64,000 bases of DNA, from contig NC_087436.1 of the NCBI RefSeq assembly GCF_036321535.1, forward strand, positions 81,160,001 to 81,224,000. The letters are read 5' to 3'. Below the pieces are notes generated by a model. That model made no database searches. It was not told the DNA's origin and saw only the letters and a list, made by a program, of their open reading frames with translations. The position numbers and the translations under genes are program-made. How positions within the stretch are numbered: the stretch's first letter is position 1; each line of letters begins with the position of its first letter. The DNA comes from Camelus dromedarius. Taxonomy: Eukaryota. This document shows, piece after piece, positions 13,226 to 24,700 of this stretch.

Positions 13226-13664
13226 GTAAGATATTTTCCTGGTTTGATTCAATTATTGCCATTCCATGTGGGTAAAGGTGAAGACAGGTCAGACAGCCTT
13301 TATTCCTCTTGAGTTGTGGCTGCAAACATGAATTTGAGGAGGTAAGTGTTAAATTTGGTTAGTATTTACATAGGTAAGGATTCCAGCTTTGTGCACCTGT
13401 ACAAAAAAAACACATGTGCACATGACTACAGGATATCCACTTGTCCATGAGACTCCAGAGCTGACCAGCAGTCATGACACAGCAATTGTATTGGAGATAT
13501 AAAAGGTGATTTCACAGCGCTTTTGTGGTGTGAAATTTGGCCAGGTGGAATGTCTTGCGTGGCTGACTCACTGACATATTTCCTCACAAAACTCATCTTA
13601 AAGGAGCTCTAGTTATACAAATGAAACAAAAATCCTCCTTCGATGACTGATCAAGTATTGCAGC

Positions 13665-13730
13665 TCTGGACCTCAACTTTGCTCACAACCAACCACTTCC
13701 ACATGTTTGGCTTGTGGCATTGAAGCTGCC
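13665..13730 (+). other. Apparent positional and sequence orthologue of the human MIR4451 hairpin locus; probably not a functional miRNA here
   Basis: tctggacctcaactttgctcacaaccaaccacttccacatgtttggct closely resembles the 5' arm and loop of hsa-mir-4451 as I recall it, at the expected place just downstream of this ARHGAP24 exon. The 3' (mature) arm is diverged. Confidence 0.6.
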
Positions 13731-15619
13731 TCTGCCAAGTCGTCAGATCCTACAGTTACAGTTCTTCAATGTCTGTTCATTTTTTTTAGGTACACTGTAT
13801 CCACCCCTCTCAAAGTACGTGATCTCCACTTAAATCTTTGACTCACCCAGCAACACTTTCTTCAAAGCTGTGATGTACTTCTTTATTCGGTTCTTTAGCC
13901 CTTCTTGAACACTTGGTGTAAAAAAAAGGGAGTTAGGAATGTGGTTTTTATAGCTTTGGCTCTGGCTGACCCAGTTTATGTGATACTAACATTGATTTAA
14001 TCACAGTCTAGGGTGTGTGAATTTCTCTGGGTGATTAATATGTAATGCATATCCATAATGCTGGTGCAAAGGCAGTCAATAAAACATTTTCCCAGATTTA
14101 TAAATGTTGGGAATCTGGAATGTGAAAGCATTTCTCCCTCTCAATGAAAACAGCTGTAGCTCTGAGTTCATCTGGCTCACAATGGAATCCATGACTAAAT
14201 GTTAATTAATGCAGCTGAAGTGCAGAAAGGTTAGTCAGATGCATTGTGTGATTTGATTCCCCCCAGGGAGAACATATTGTAAGAAACCTGAACCTTGCTT
14301 GCCCTATTAAAATCTTTTTATACTTGCTTCTTAGTGGAATACCTTGTATGGAACCAAAGTCCAGATGTTGCAAAGTCTTTGAAGTACCAGTAGAGGAAAT
14401 TTCTTTCACTATTTATTCTCAAACATTAGGCCTGTCAGCTTTGAAATGAGCATGGTATTACACTGACAGGTTTGATTCTTTATCTTCGATAATACTAAAG
14501 GTCTACTTCCCCATGCAATCTACTAAATGTGTCGAGATTTCACATTTTGGTGAAAATGTTCTAATACATACATATATATGAATATTGTCAAGGCTGTTCT
14601 AGAAAGAGCTGTATCTTCATGCCCACAAAGTCACAAAACTTTCCCTCCAAGGTTGCTGTTCTAGGGTATGCATTTCACATGCAGTGCATATGACATGATG
14701 GCTTTTGATGAGCAAAGCTTAAGGAGTTTAAGACTGTGGGATGTGGAATCTGAAGGCTGTCCTTTCAAATAATTTTTTTTCTCAAGAAAATTAGGTTGGC
14801 TGCATTAATTAGGGAAATAAACATACTGTACCCATAGCTCATTGGAAAAGATGCTTCCAGAATCATTAACACAATATGTAGTAGCTTCTAAATTAGGTTT
14901 TATAATCCTGAGTCATTTTATAGAGTGACAAGAGAACGATGCCAAATGCTTCCTTAAAGAGAGAGTTGGAAAAACACTCTGGCTGCCTTAAGAATCCAGT
15001 GTTTGTGCCATTAATCTTGGTCGCTGGGGCTTTACTGGTGTGTCCCTAACATTAGGATGGAATGGAATTTGCAGGCAAATGCTTCTGTATTTGTATGAGA
15101 ATGTGAGGATCAGTATCACATAATTTGAACCAATTTTTGCAGAATCAGGATTACTTAGGGCTAGCGTGACACTTGATTTATCTTTGCAAATGAGAATTAC
15201 AAGATAATATTTTCTAATTATTCCAATCGTGTGATAGTTTGACGTGGGGAATCTGAAAAGTCGCAAGAGTGTATTCATTTGTCAGAAAGTGTAGGAGTCA
15301 GAAAGGATTGGAGAGATGTGGTCAATGCCTTGTATAGAACCTTCTGCAGGCCTGCCAGGCAGCAGATTCTCATAACACATACCTATTCCACATTGGCTTT
15401 CTCTAGAATTCTCTCTAACACCACTTCTGAAAACCATCCTGCAAATGATACTTACATATCCAACATGATAGTATATTTATGGACAAATACCTCAACTCAA
15501 CTACTCAAGATATATCAATGAATAAGATTAAATCCTTTAATTTTACCTTCCTATGATGATTTCCAGGAAAAATGGCAAATGCCTTCAGAAAGTTCTCTGC
15601 CAAATATTCTAGCGCCATA

Positions 15620-15715
15620 TATACATGCATATTTGTATATGAGTGTGTGTGTAGATTTATGTATATATATATATTTATACATATATTTATATATATATAT
15701 CTTTAGCACCTATAT
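15620..15715. repeat. TA/TG-rich low-complexity microsatellite tract
   Basis: Interrupted (TA)n with a short (GT)n. Confidence 0.8.
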
Positions 15716-17599
15716 ACTTTTGAAATTTATCCATATATGCTATTGAGGTTGGAGTTTTGGCTTTGTCTCATTTTTTATTTCACTTTAGTCTGAAATGTTC
15801 TATGAAATTAAGTAATAATCTTGTAAATTTGAAAGAAAAACCAAGATTTTTTTCAATAGAATTGAAAGTTTCAAGTCTTTGTATATTACTTAATTGCATT
15901 TGTTTGTGTATTACAGTTCTATGCAAGTTTTAGGCTTTTGTAAAAATCTATCTGAAAAAAAAAACACAATACCATAATTTAGGGTTAATTTCTTATAGAC
16001 TACTATCCCATGAAATGAATTGTCTCTCTGAATAATGTCATAGTTTATAGCATTTCATTCGTTTTTTTTCCTATTTATCTGCTTGTTATTTAAAAAGAAG
16101 ATAGCCAAATTGGCAAATTTGAACACTTTGCTGTCAGACATGCCAAATTTTAGACTGGAGTGAACTTTTATGGCCAAGTGCTAAGCTTTTGGGAAATGTG
16201 GTTGAGAAAGGAATGTTGGCAGACCTTTCATGTATAGTGCTTGAAGAAAGAAAATGCAGTTGGTTTCTTTGCTTCTCAAAATGTGTTCTGTGCATGTTTC
16301 CCTTGTGATGTTAAAAAACATAGAGTAATTGATGGAATGGTGATGTCTTAGCTTTTTTTTAGAAGAATAGTATGCCAGAGGGAGAAAAAGAAGTAGTGCT
16401 TTGGAGACAGAGACAGGCAAAAGAGACAAGGGAGCATGTACTTTATATAGTTAGGAACCACATCTTTCCTTTCATTACTATTATCCCTACCACCTAGGTC
16501 AGTATAACGCAAGGTGCCGAGGAGTGCTTACTGAAGTGTATATGTTTACCAGGTTTATGAAGGAAACTCAACCATATGAAATGGGTTTATTGTTGGCAGT
16601 AACTACTCCCGACCTGGCTATGTGGAGCACTTATTTCCTGCTGTGTAGGATCTTTCCACCTCCCCCACCGGTGCATCAAAGACTTCTTTGTGGCTCTAGT
16701 GGCTAAAGTGGAGGAAAACGCCTCACTTCCTCTTTCCTACTTCTCTGCTTTCCTCTGTGCTATTGATGCCAAGAGAAAGATGGAAGAAGGTGGGGATCTC
16801 CCTACAGAGCAGCTGCTGCTGGGGTGAAGCCCCTTAACGCTGGTTATCACATTCCTCTCCATGTGCTGACTCTCTCACAGGGCACAGTTGGAGATTTTTT
16901 TAATGTCCTGGAATTGGAAATGCACTTCACACGGTAGGATCTCCCTCCCTGGGCACGGTCCTGGTAGATGGGACACCATCAAAACGGCTCAAAGACCAGC
17001 TGCTTTCTTTGTGCTTATTCACCTACCCGGAAACTCATGTGCCCTGCCGGTCAAGGAAGGGTAATGCAGGCTGCTTCACTGTCCCTGCCCCTCAGCTTGG
17101 CCGTCGTGCCCCTTTCTCCATGAAGTATGAGCTTCAGACCGGCAGCTTCAGTGGCTCCACAATTCATGTGAGTCTTCATTTTGGAGAAGGGCTGGGTGAC
17201 AGTTCTAGCCCACTTCAAAACGGATGAGAGGCTCCCTTGTGCTTCCCTGACTTGTTCTGATGGTTGAGAGACATTCTTTTCTTTCCCCTCAAAAAATAGT
17301 GTTTATCATGAAAACTGTTACATTCAAATGACACCTCCTCTTTTCTAGGCTTCCTCTTATAATAGTTAGGGGCAGGGAGATGGCATTTGGGTTCCTTCTC
17401 TGAAGCACATTTTCTCCACAAGCCCTACAGGGAAGTGGCCAGGCACAGCCTCCATCGTTTTTTTTGTTTTTTAGTTTTTTGGTTTTCAACATAGAATGTG
17501 AGTTTGTAGCACTTTTTTCTTCAGATTTAGGCCTTAATGGCAATTTCAGGATAATGAAAAGCCAACTTTTATATCTATTTGTAATGTTAGATTGGATTC

Positions 17600-17990
17600 C
17601 AGTGTTACACGCTGTGATGGAAAGTTACGTTCGAGTGTTACTGGAGAGTGCTCTCTGGAGATACCTCATCTCTAAGGAGGTGGGGAAGGCAGCCTCAGGC
17701 AGAAGGAGAAGCTAGCTCGTGACCAGTTACAGCTAAGGTCTCAGCTGAGACGCCCAGGAGCTCTGGAGCTGGGCTGCTTCTTAGAGGTGTTCTAACCTGA
17801 GGGAGCAGGTCTCTGTTTCCTGGCATCAGCGAATCTAGTCATTGACTGGGGGGACGGTCAGAGACAAATGAACTCATGTGAAGCAGCTCCATGTTGCCAT
17901 GGAGAACAGGTTCCACAGGGCCTCTGTGAGCCATCAGCTGCCCATACACCAGCCTCTGGGATCTAGACAGAGCATCAAAATACCCATTAC
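17600..17990. mobile_element. Old ERVL/MaLR-type LTR relic (family uncertain)
   Basis: GC-richer block with motifs gcagaaggagaagctag, aggtctcagctga..ccaggagctctggagctggg and tagtcattgactggg. Confidence 0.4.
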
Positions 17991-18009
17991 AGTATCTACA
18001 AAGCTGTAG

Positions 18010-18175
18010 CTAGCTTTCTGTATCCCAGACAATGTCCCAGGATCTTTGAATGTATCACTTAATTTAATCCTTTCCTTATTATTTCATCCTCACCTATGTT
18101 GTTATTTCCATTTTCAGATAAGGAAACTGAGGCACAGAGAAGAAATTGATCAAGGTCAAACAGCTAGCACTAGCT
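18010..18175 (-). mobile_element. MIR SINE relic
   Basis: ttccattttcagataaggaaactgaggcacagaga...caaggtcaaacagctag. Confidence 0.8.
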
Positions 18176-18179
18176 AGTG

Positions 18180-18330
18180 AATGTATGTGTCTATATATAT
18201 TTATAATATATATATATTATTTACACTGGCTTACCTTTTCAAATTAAAGTTTCAGGAAATCAAAATAAACTTAAATATATATATGTATACATATATTAAA
18301 CTTTATTTACATATGTATATATATATTCTG
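18180..18330. repeat. TA-rich low-complexity tracts
   Basis: Three interrupted (TA)n runs. Confidence 0.7.
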
Positions 18331-20747
18331 GCTTAAAATATGAGATAACAGTATTAGAGGCTGGAACCTAGTTTCTGAAACATGAACATGTGAACTATTT
18401 TTATAAGTAGCCATTGAAATGGATTGACTTGTATCTCTTCTTAGCTCATCCATTAAGAATGAGAGTTTGGGCACTTGAGGTGAGAATAGGCATTTTCATT
18501 GACATTCAACTACTTACATGTTTAAATCTATCATAAACAATAGGCACTGGGTAAAGATGCTCATTTTGAGTTCTCCTGAATGTGTGTTCTAAGGCACAAC
18601 TACACCGTGATGAAAAAGCAGGGAGAAAACCACCCTTGTCGGCTTTCTGCTTCTGCGTAAATAGCGATGCCGAAGGAAGAATCTGGACCTGTCACTTCTT
18701 CCTACAGATAACTATTACGTGCCAGGGTTCAGTTCTCTTCCTGGAGGAACTCACACTGCTGAAACTGTGCTCACTTCTTCACAGACACCCTCCACAATTG
18801 GCTAAGTTATCACTCACTGGTTGACCACCAACAAGCACACCAATACTGTTCCTTTCTGGGAGTCAGTCCACTGACCTGAACAAGCATTATCCAAGCAGAG
18901 AGCTTGTGTGTTTCAAGGGCAATTACAAACACCCCAGACTCTCAAAGTCCCATCTCGGCCCAGTGACCAAAATCAATAATAAACTTGGAGGTTTTCTTAT
19001 CCTCTTCCTTCCCCCAGAAAAAGGAAAGAAGAGATGAGCACAAGAAAAAGGGGATGACAGATATGGGAATAAAAAAAAGAGAAAATTTTAAGGGTAATTT
19101 AAAGTGATTTTCATCTTCCTGGAAATGAAATAAAACCCTTCAAAAAAAGGAGGTGGTGTCGTTTATCTCACCATTAGCCAGGAATAGACTAATGGTTAAT
19201 AATATCCTCAGACAATTACATATTACTTCTATAAATTTTAATAAAAAATGTTTCCATTCCAATTATTTTCTAGAAGGGTTTTCAAGAGCTACTTGAAAAG
19301 TTAGAAAACATGGGTGCCTAGAGAATCCAACAAGTGCATTATTGATCTTTTTGCCCCCCTCCCCCCAAATGCATATACCTACCAAAATTGCAGACACTTT
19401 TAGGGGCTTCAGAGATTCCCTGAAACCCAGTTGTGCATTGCAGCTTCAGAACTGTAGTTCAGATTTAGGGACCATCACTAGTGTCTACCTATCTTCCTAT
19501 CTCCATCTCTGTATTTAGCTAGTTATCTCTATGTTCCTGTATGTCATCTATTTCATCTACATACATACGTGCATAAACATGAAAATTTTTTCTATTATTT
19601 GTAACTATGTGATGTACTGGTAGTTGGTTTTTGACTTTTACCTCTCTGATTCAGTTGTGGGTTTTTTTTTTTTTTCCTGGTTCTGTGATTGTGTAATTCT
19701 GAGACCTATTTTGTATATTTACAAAAGAGCTTTTTTGGATAAAACACTTCATGGCTCTGGAGGCTGTAACATTTTTAATTTACCAAAACTTGAACCTACT
19801 CAGCTGGTCAGTGCAGCTGTGCTATCTAACAACCCATCTGAGAAACAGATAGTTCTGAGAGACATTCATGGATGTCTCTGAGAAGAAAAAAGCGTAGCCA
19901 ATTTTTGAGTTTTTGAGATAATTATGTGACATTTGCAGAAAGTTTATCATCCATGTCTGTATTTGCACCCCTTCTAGGATGATCAAATAATGTCATTGGA
20001 TAAGTTAATTTGCCGTCATTTGAACATGTAAACCAATATTTGGTAACTACTTTTTATGAAAATGTGGGGATCTTTTAATATGTTTTAGCATATAAGTTGG
20101 TCTTTTTCTTGATCACTAGTTAAATATGCTGCCAAGGCATTTAGTTTTACAACACTCTCTTTATCTTAATTTTTTTCCCTTTTGTGTTAGTACTGTAACT
20201 TAAACTCCATGTAATTATATTTGTTACCCAAAGGCAACTAGGACAATCCCTTTTTTTGTCTGCCTAAGTCTGTAGGCAGCCCTGAAGCTTGTATTTTTTT
20301 TTTCTTTGCTTAGTTAATGTGTGCAAATCATTTAGAGAATGTGAGTAGGAATTGTTTATGGTATGAAAACATAATACTATATACACAAGTAGTTGTGAAC
20401 ATGACTTAAACAAATGCATTGAAAATCAGCATGTTTTAGCTGCTATGTATTCTTTTATAGAAAGAAAGTATTTGAGTTGTTTGCTTCAAAATTCCTTTCC
20501 TACTTAAAATGCCTTAAAATATACATTTAAAAGAGGCTATTAAAATGGTACAAAGAGCATTTAAAAAAGTTGTACTCTCTTGAAATTCTGGCTACTACAT
20601 GTCAACCAAAAGACATCTGGAGCATTTTTAAACCGATCATAAGATCCCCCTTAGGAGAAGTGTCCGTACAAGGAGGGTTCCCTTACAGTACTGGTAGGCG
20701 TGTTCATCATTCACATTCAGCTCTATCATTCATCCTATATGCTAGAT

Positions 20748-21035
20748 CAGGGGTCAGAAAATATTTTCCAGAAAGAACCAGAGAGTTAGTATTTTAGGCT
20801 TTGCAGGTCATACCATCTCTGTTGCAACTGTTCGACTCTGCGATTGTAGCATAAACAAACGTTATGGCTGTGTTCCAATAAAGCTTTATTAATGGACACC
20901 AAAATCTGGATTTCATATAATTTTCAAATATCAAGAAATATTGTTCCTCTTTTGATTTTTTTTCCAATCACTTAAAAATGTAAAAAATAGACAGTGAGCT
21001 GGATTTGGCCCATGGGACATAGCTTGCAACCCTTG
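20748..21035. mobile_element. MER58(B)-like hAT-Charlie non-autonomous DNA transposon
   Basis: Ends caggggtcagaaaat / agcttgcaacccttg (degenerate TIRs). Internal attttaggctttgcaggtcatac and ggctgtgttccaataaa. Flanks tgctagat / ttctaggt resemble the 8-bp NTCTAGAN TSD. Confidence 0.85.
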
Positions 21036-23601
21036 TTCTAGGTAAAAAAAGCAAACCTATGAAAAGGAGGAGAAGATACTATTATAAATCACTAATCCTC
21101 CCTGGTGCCACCAGAGCCAGAATTAGAACTCTGAGACAGCCTGTCTCCCCAGGCCGCGGCATTACCCACGACCTCAGAACCATGATTCAGGAGCTGTTTG
21201 CCAACATTTTTATTTAGAAGCTCTATCTCTAAATAATACTTTTCCCCCCAATCATGATGAATCCAAAAATGTTTAGTGACCACACTGAAATTTTCTCTAA
21301 ATTCGACCTTAGCTCATTTAGAACCCTAGATGCTGACCAGAGCTGGAGTGTGTGATGTGACTTTTACGGAAATGAATACCATTAATAGGAGATCAGGTGT
21401 GCCTAGCATGAAAAACATTTCCCGCGCTTTGTTCAGCCCATATGAGCTCAAGAAGATCTTCATGAATATTCTGAGATGGAAGCATCCCTTGCAAGATCAA
21501 ATAAGCCTGAAGTTTCTCCGAAATTCCTTTTCATGATATACATTAGCATCTTAAAGCTCTGTCTCTCACATCAAATAGCAATACTTTGTTTACTGGTAAA
21601 GCACACTAACTTATTTTCTCAGAGGAGTAGTTTATTCCCCCCACCACTTATTTATCAACATCCACTCCTAACCCACCAGTCTTCCTTTAACTTCAGTATA
21701 AAAAAAACTCATAATTTTTTAGAGATACTAAATGTGTGTCAGGCCCTGTATTAATGTATGCCAGACTTTATATACAACAGTTCATGCAATATGAATACAC
21801 TTGTGTTACGTGCCGTTCTCCTTACTGGTCAACAGTGGTGCAAATTCCCATTCCCGATAAATGCTAAAATCAGGCTTCACACTCATCTGAACCCACAAAA
21901 CCACCGCATGCGACAGCCTCCTTCCACCAGTAAGAATATGGATAGGTTTATTCTCTAGATCCCATGGAGTTCAAGTATCCAAGAGTTGAGAAAAATAAGG
22001 ATGACAAATGAAGAAATGAGGCTACAGGTTTAAAAGTTAGTGTGTTCAGCATTTCCTTCCTCTCTTCTCAAGACTCACATCTCTTGTGTTGTCTGTATTC
22101 TCTTCCTTCTCTGTCAGATTTGATACTCTTGAGAACAGAATTGATACTTCCATCGCTAGCACCTAGCAGAGTGACTGTCACGTAGTCTGTGCTCGGTGCA
22201 CATTTATTGAATCAATGAATAAACTAGACCTCCGTTTTTATCTTCTAGGGAATGATGGCATTGGATTAGCCAAAATGGAAAGAGCCTTGCAGCTCTGAAT
22301 TATTTAATTTGATCGTAGCTCTTTGTCTCAATGTCTCAGGAGACTGGAGGCTGGAGATTTATTAACTTCACAGACACTGCACTCTTTAAAAAGCAGTTTG
22401 CTTTGCCTCATCCTTCAGTCTTTCATGACCACAAAGACCAATAGTGTCTTTTAGTACTTCGACGACAGAAGCTGTTTGTTAACAAGTTTTCTGCTGGCAT
22501 GAATGTGATCCCTCCCTCCTCAGTGTTTTCTGTGGCATGGTTTTAATTATGCACTCTCGGGCTGTTTGTGCTCACCTGTCTTTTTTATCCAATAATTGAA
22601 AATGGCTTTGCAATCCAACCAAGCTCAGAAAACAGTACAGTGCTAAACAAATGTTGGTAGCTGTTCTGAGGAAAAGAGAGTTTCTCCAGGCAGGTCTTTT
22701 TCTGTGCTTAGGGCTTCTTTGAGCTGTATCTGAGCCAGGGAAGGAGTGTGTTTGAATGAGGCAATGGCCAATGGGGAGAACCACTGTAGGTTAGAAATGA
22801 TATGGGAATGAGAAAGAGAAATCATACTTTACAGGAAACACAATATATCAGAAGAAGGAGAATGAGGCCGCTGCAGAACAGCTGCTGATAATTAGGGCTG
22901 GGAAATAAGCTTGCAGCAAGGAAGCTGGCAGATCACTAAGTCCTGTGCCGACTCTCAGGGAACCAGGAAAGCCTTTTTCATTTTTCTTTTTTTTTTCTTT
23001 TCATTTTTAATATAAAACTGAGCTGAAGTGGTCCTGAATGTTTCAAGAAGTGAAACCTCAAGGACCATCTGTAACCCAATAATATATATTATTAAAAGCA
23101 TGGAGAAAGTTCTGAAACCAGAAAAGGGTACTAATAGGGTAAGAAGAGGGGATGTCCCAAGGACACACAGTGTGATTCCTGTGTGTCCTGCTGATCTTCA
23201 CTGTCCTGCAGAGGTGGCCGTTTGGCTGTTCCTTCTGTGGGGCCATCTTGGAGGGGCCTTGATCCTTAGGAAACTTGGCAGGATTCAGACACCAGGCTGC
23301 CCTCACAAAGGCAATCAGTTAATTTGGTGAAAATACACAGCTCAATGCTAATCAAATGCTTATATTTCAAACATCAGAGTAATAAACCAAAATTCAAACT
23401 TATTATATTCAAATTGCACCAGTCGGCTCTGGGTCTAATAGGCCTCACCAACTTTAGAGGATTGTTATCATGAAGTGATGTTGGTTTAGGGATCTGCTGG
23501 TCCCATACGGAAGGTTTTCCCATGAACTCTTACTTGACCCAGTGGTATTTTTAAACTAAACTTTTGTGTGTCCATAACAAAAAATAGGGGTGAGTAGAAA
23601 G

Positions 23602-23986
23602 AGTGATTAGCAGTCTGCTAGAGCTGCCATTACAAATTGCCACAGACTGGAGGGCTCAAACAACAGACGTTTATTTTCTCATGGTCTGGAGGCCAGGAGT
23701 CCGAGATCAAGGTGCCAGCAATGTCGGTTTCTTCTGAGAGCTCTCTCCTTACCTTGCAGTTGACTGCCTTCTCCCTGCGTCTTCACATGGTCTTCCCTCT
23801 GTGTGTGTCCTAAGTTTTCTTTCTATAAAGACACAAGTAATATAGGATTAGGACCTACCCTGATGGCCTCATTTGAACTTAAATACCTCTTTAAAACTCT
23901 GTTTCCAAGTAGGGTCAGATTCTGAGGTGTTAGAGGTTAGGACTTCAACATACGTATTTCAGAAGAACGTGGCTCAACCCATTACA
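23602..23986 (-). mobile_element. MaLR LTR (MLT1A/B-like)
   Basis: agtctgctagagctgccattacaaattgccacagactgg...tctggaggccaggagtccgagatcaaggtgccagca...gttaggacttcaacat...ctcaacccattaca. Confidence 0.85.
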
Positions 23987-24135
23987 GAGTGAAAAACGGA
24001 GATGAGACATCACTGTTCTTCCAGAGGCTTCTCTTTTTATGTGGCAAACTTTTCCTCATGTTTACTTTTTACTGCTTGAGCCCTATGCTATACTCCTTAA
24101 GGAAATAAGCAGAAATGCAAACCATACTGTATGTC

Positions 24136-24700
24136 TGTTGCGGAAAAATGTGTTACAGCTCAGTTGTGACAGCAACCTGGATCCAGGCAAGAGACCAAGC
24201 AGCACTCCGAGAGTTGGAGAACTCAGGTTTACTACATCAGCGGGCCCACAGGACTCAACACTCCAAGCTCTGGACCCTGTCTGTAGGTTTACACAGGCCT
24301 TTTATAGGCTGCCAATTTTATCCTTTGCAACATCATATGCAAATAAAGTATAACAGAAGTTGACCAACCAGGAATAAGCTTTGTAGAAACAGACCAATCA
24401 GGAGTGAGAGAAATAACCAATCAGGAGTGAGCTCCATGCAAATGAAGTGCTACAAATGGACCAATCAGAAGTTAGGGAAGTGGACCAATCAGAAGTGAGA
24501 GTAATACCCAATCAGGGGTGAAGGAAATAACCAATCAAAAATGAGCTCAGGGAACCAATAGAATTTTAGGTGTAAGTTAGCCACTTTAGAGGCAGAAAGT
24601 GAGATAGAGCTCCCTGGCCAGGGAACCGGATGGTGCTGGGAGGAGAGCAGCAGCCCTGCCTAGGGGTCCTGCCGGTCTTTTTATGGGGCTTCCCACCTCA
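24136..24700 (-). mobile_element. Solo ERV LTR (class I/ERV1-like), 565 bp, well preserved
   Basis: TG...CA termini with an exact 4-bp TSD tgtc (24132-24135 and 24701-24704). On the minus strand: U3-like CCAAT repeat array, TATAAAA (24306-24300), then AGTAAA poly(A)-like signal (24233-24228). Confidence 0.88.

Noticed and set aside
24360..24560. Regularly spaced accaatcag repeats with variable spacers, superficially CRISPR-like
   Set aside because: Repeats are only about 9-11 bp, the spacers are related to each other, there are no cas genes, and the array sits inside a mammalian LTR U3 region.
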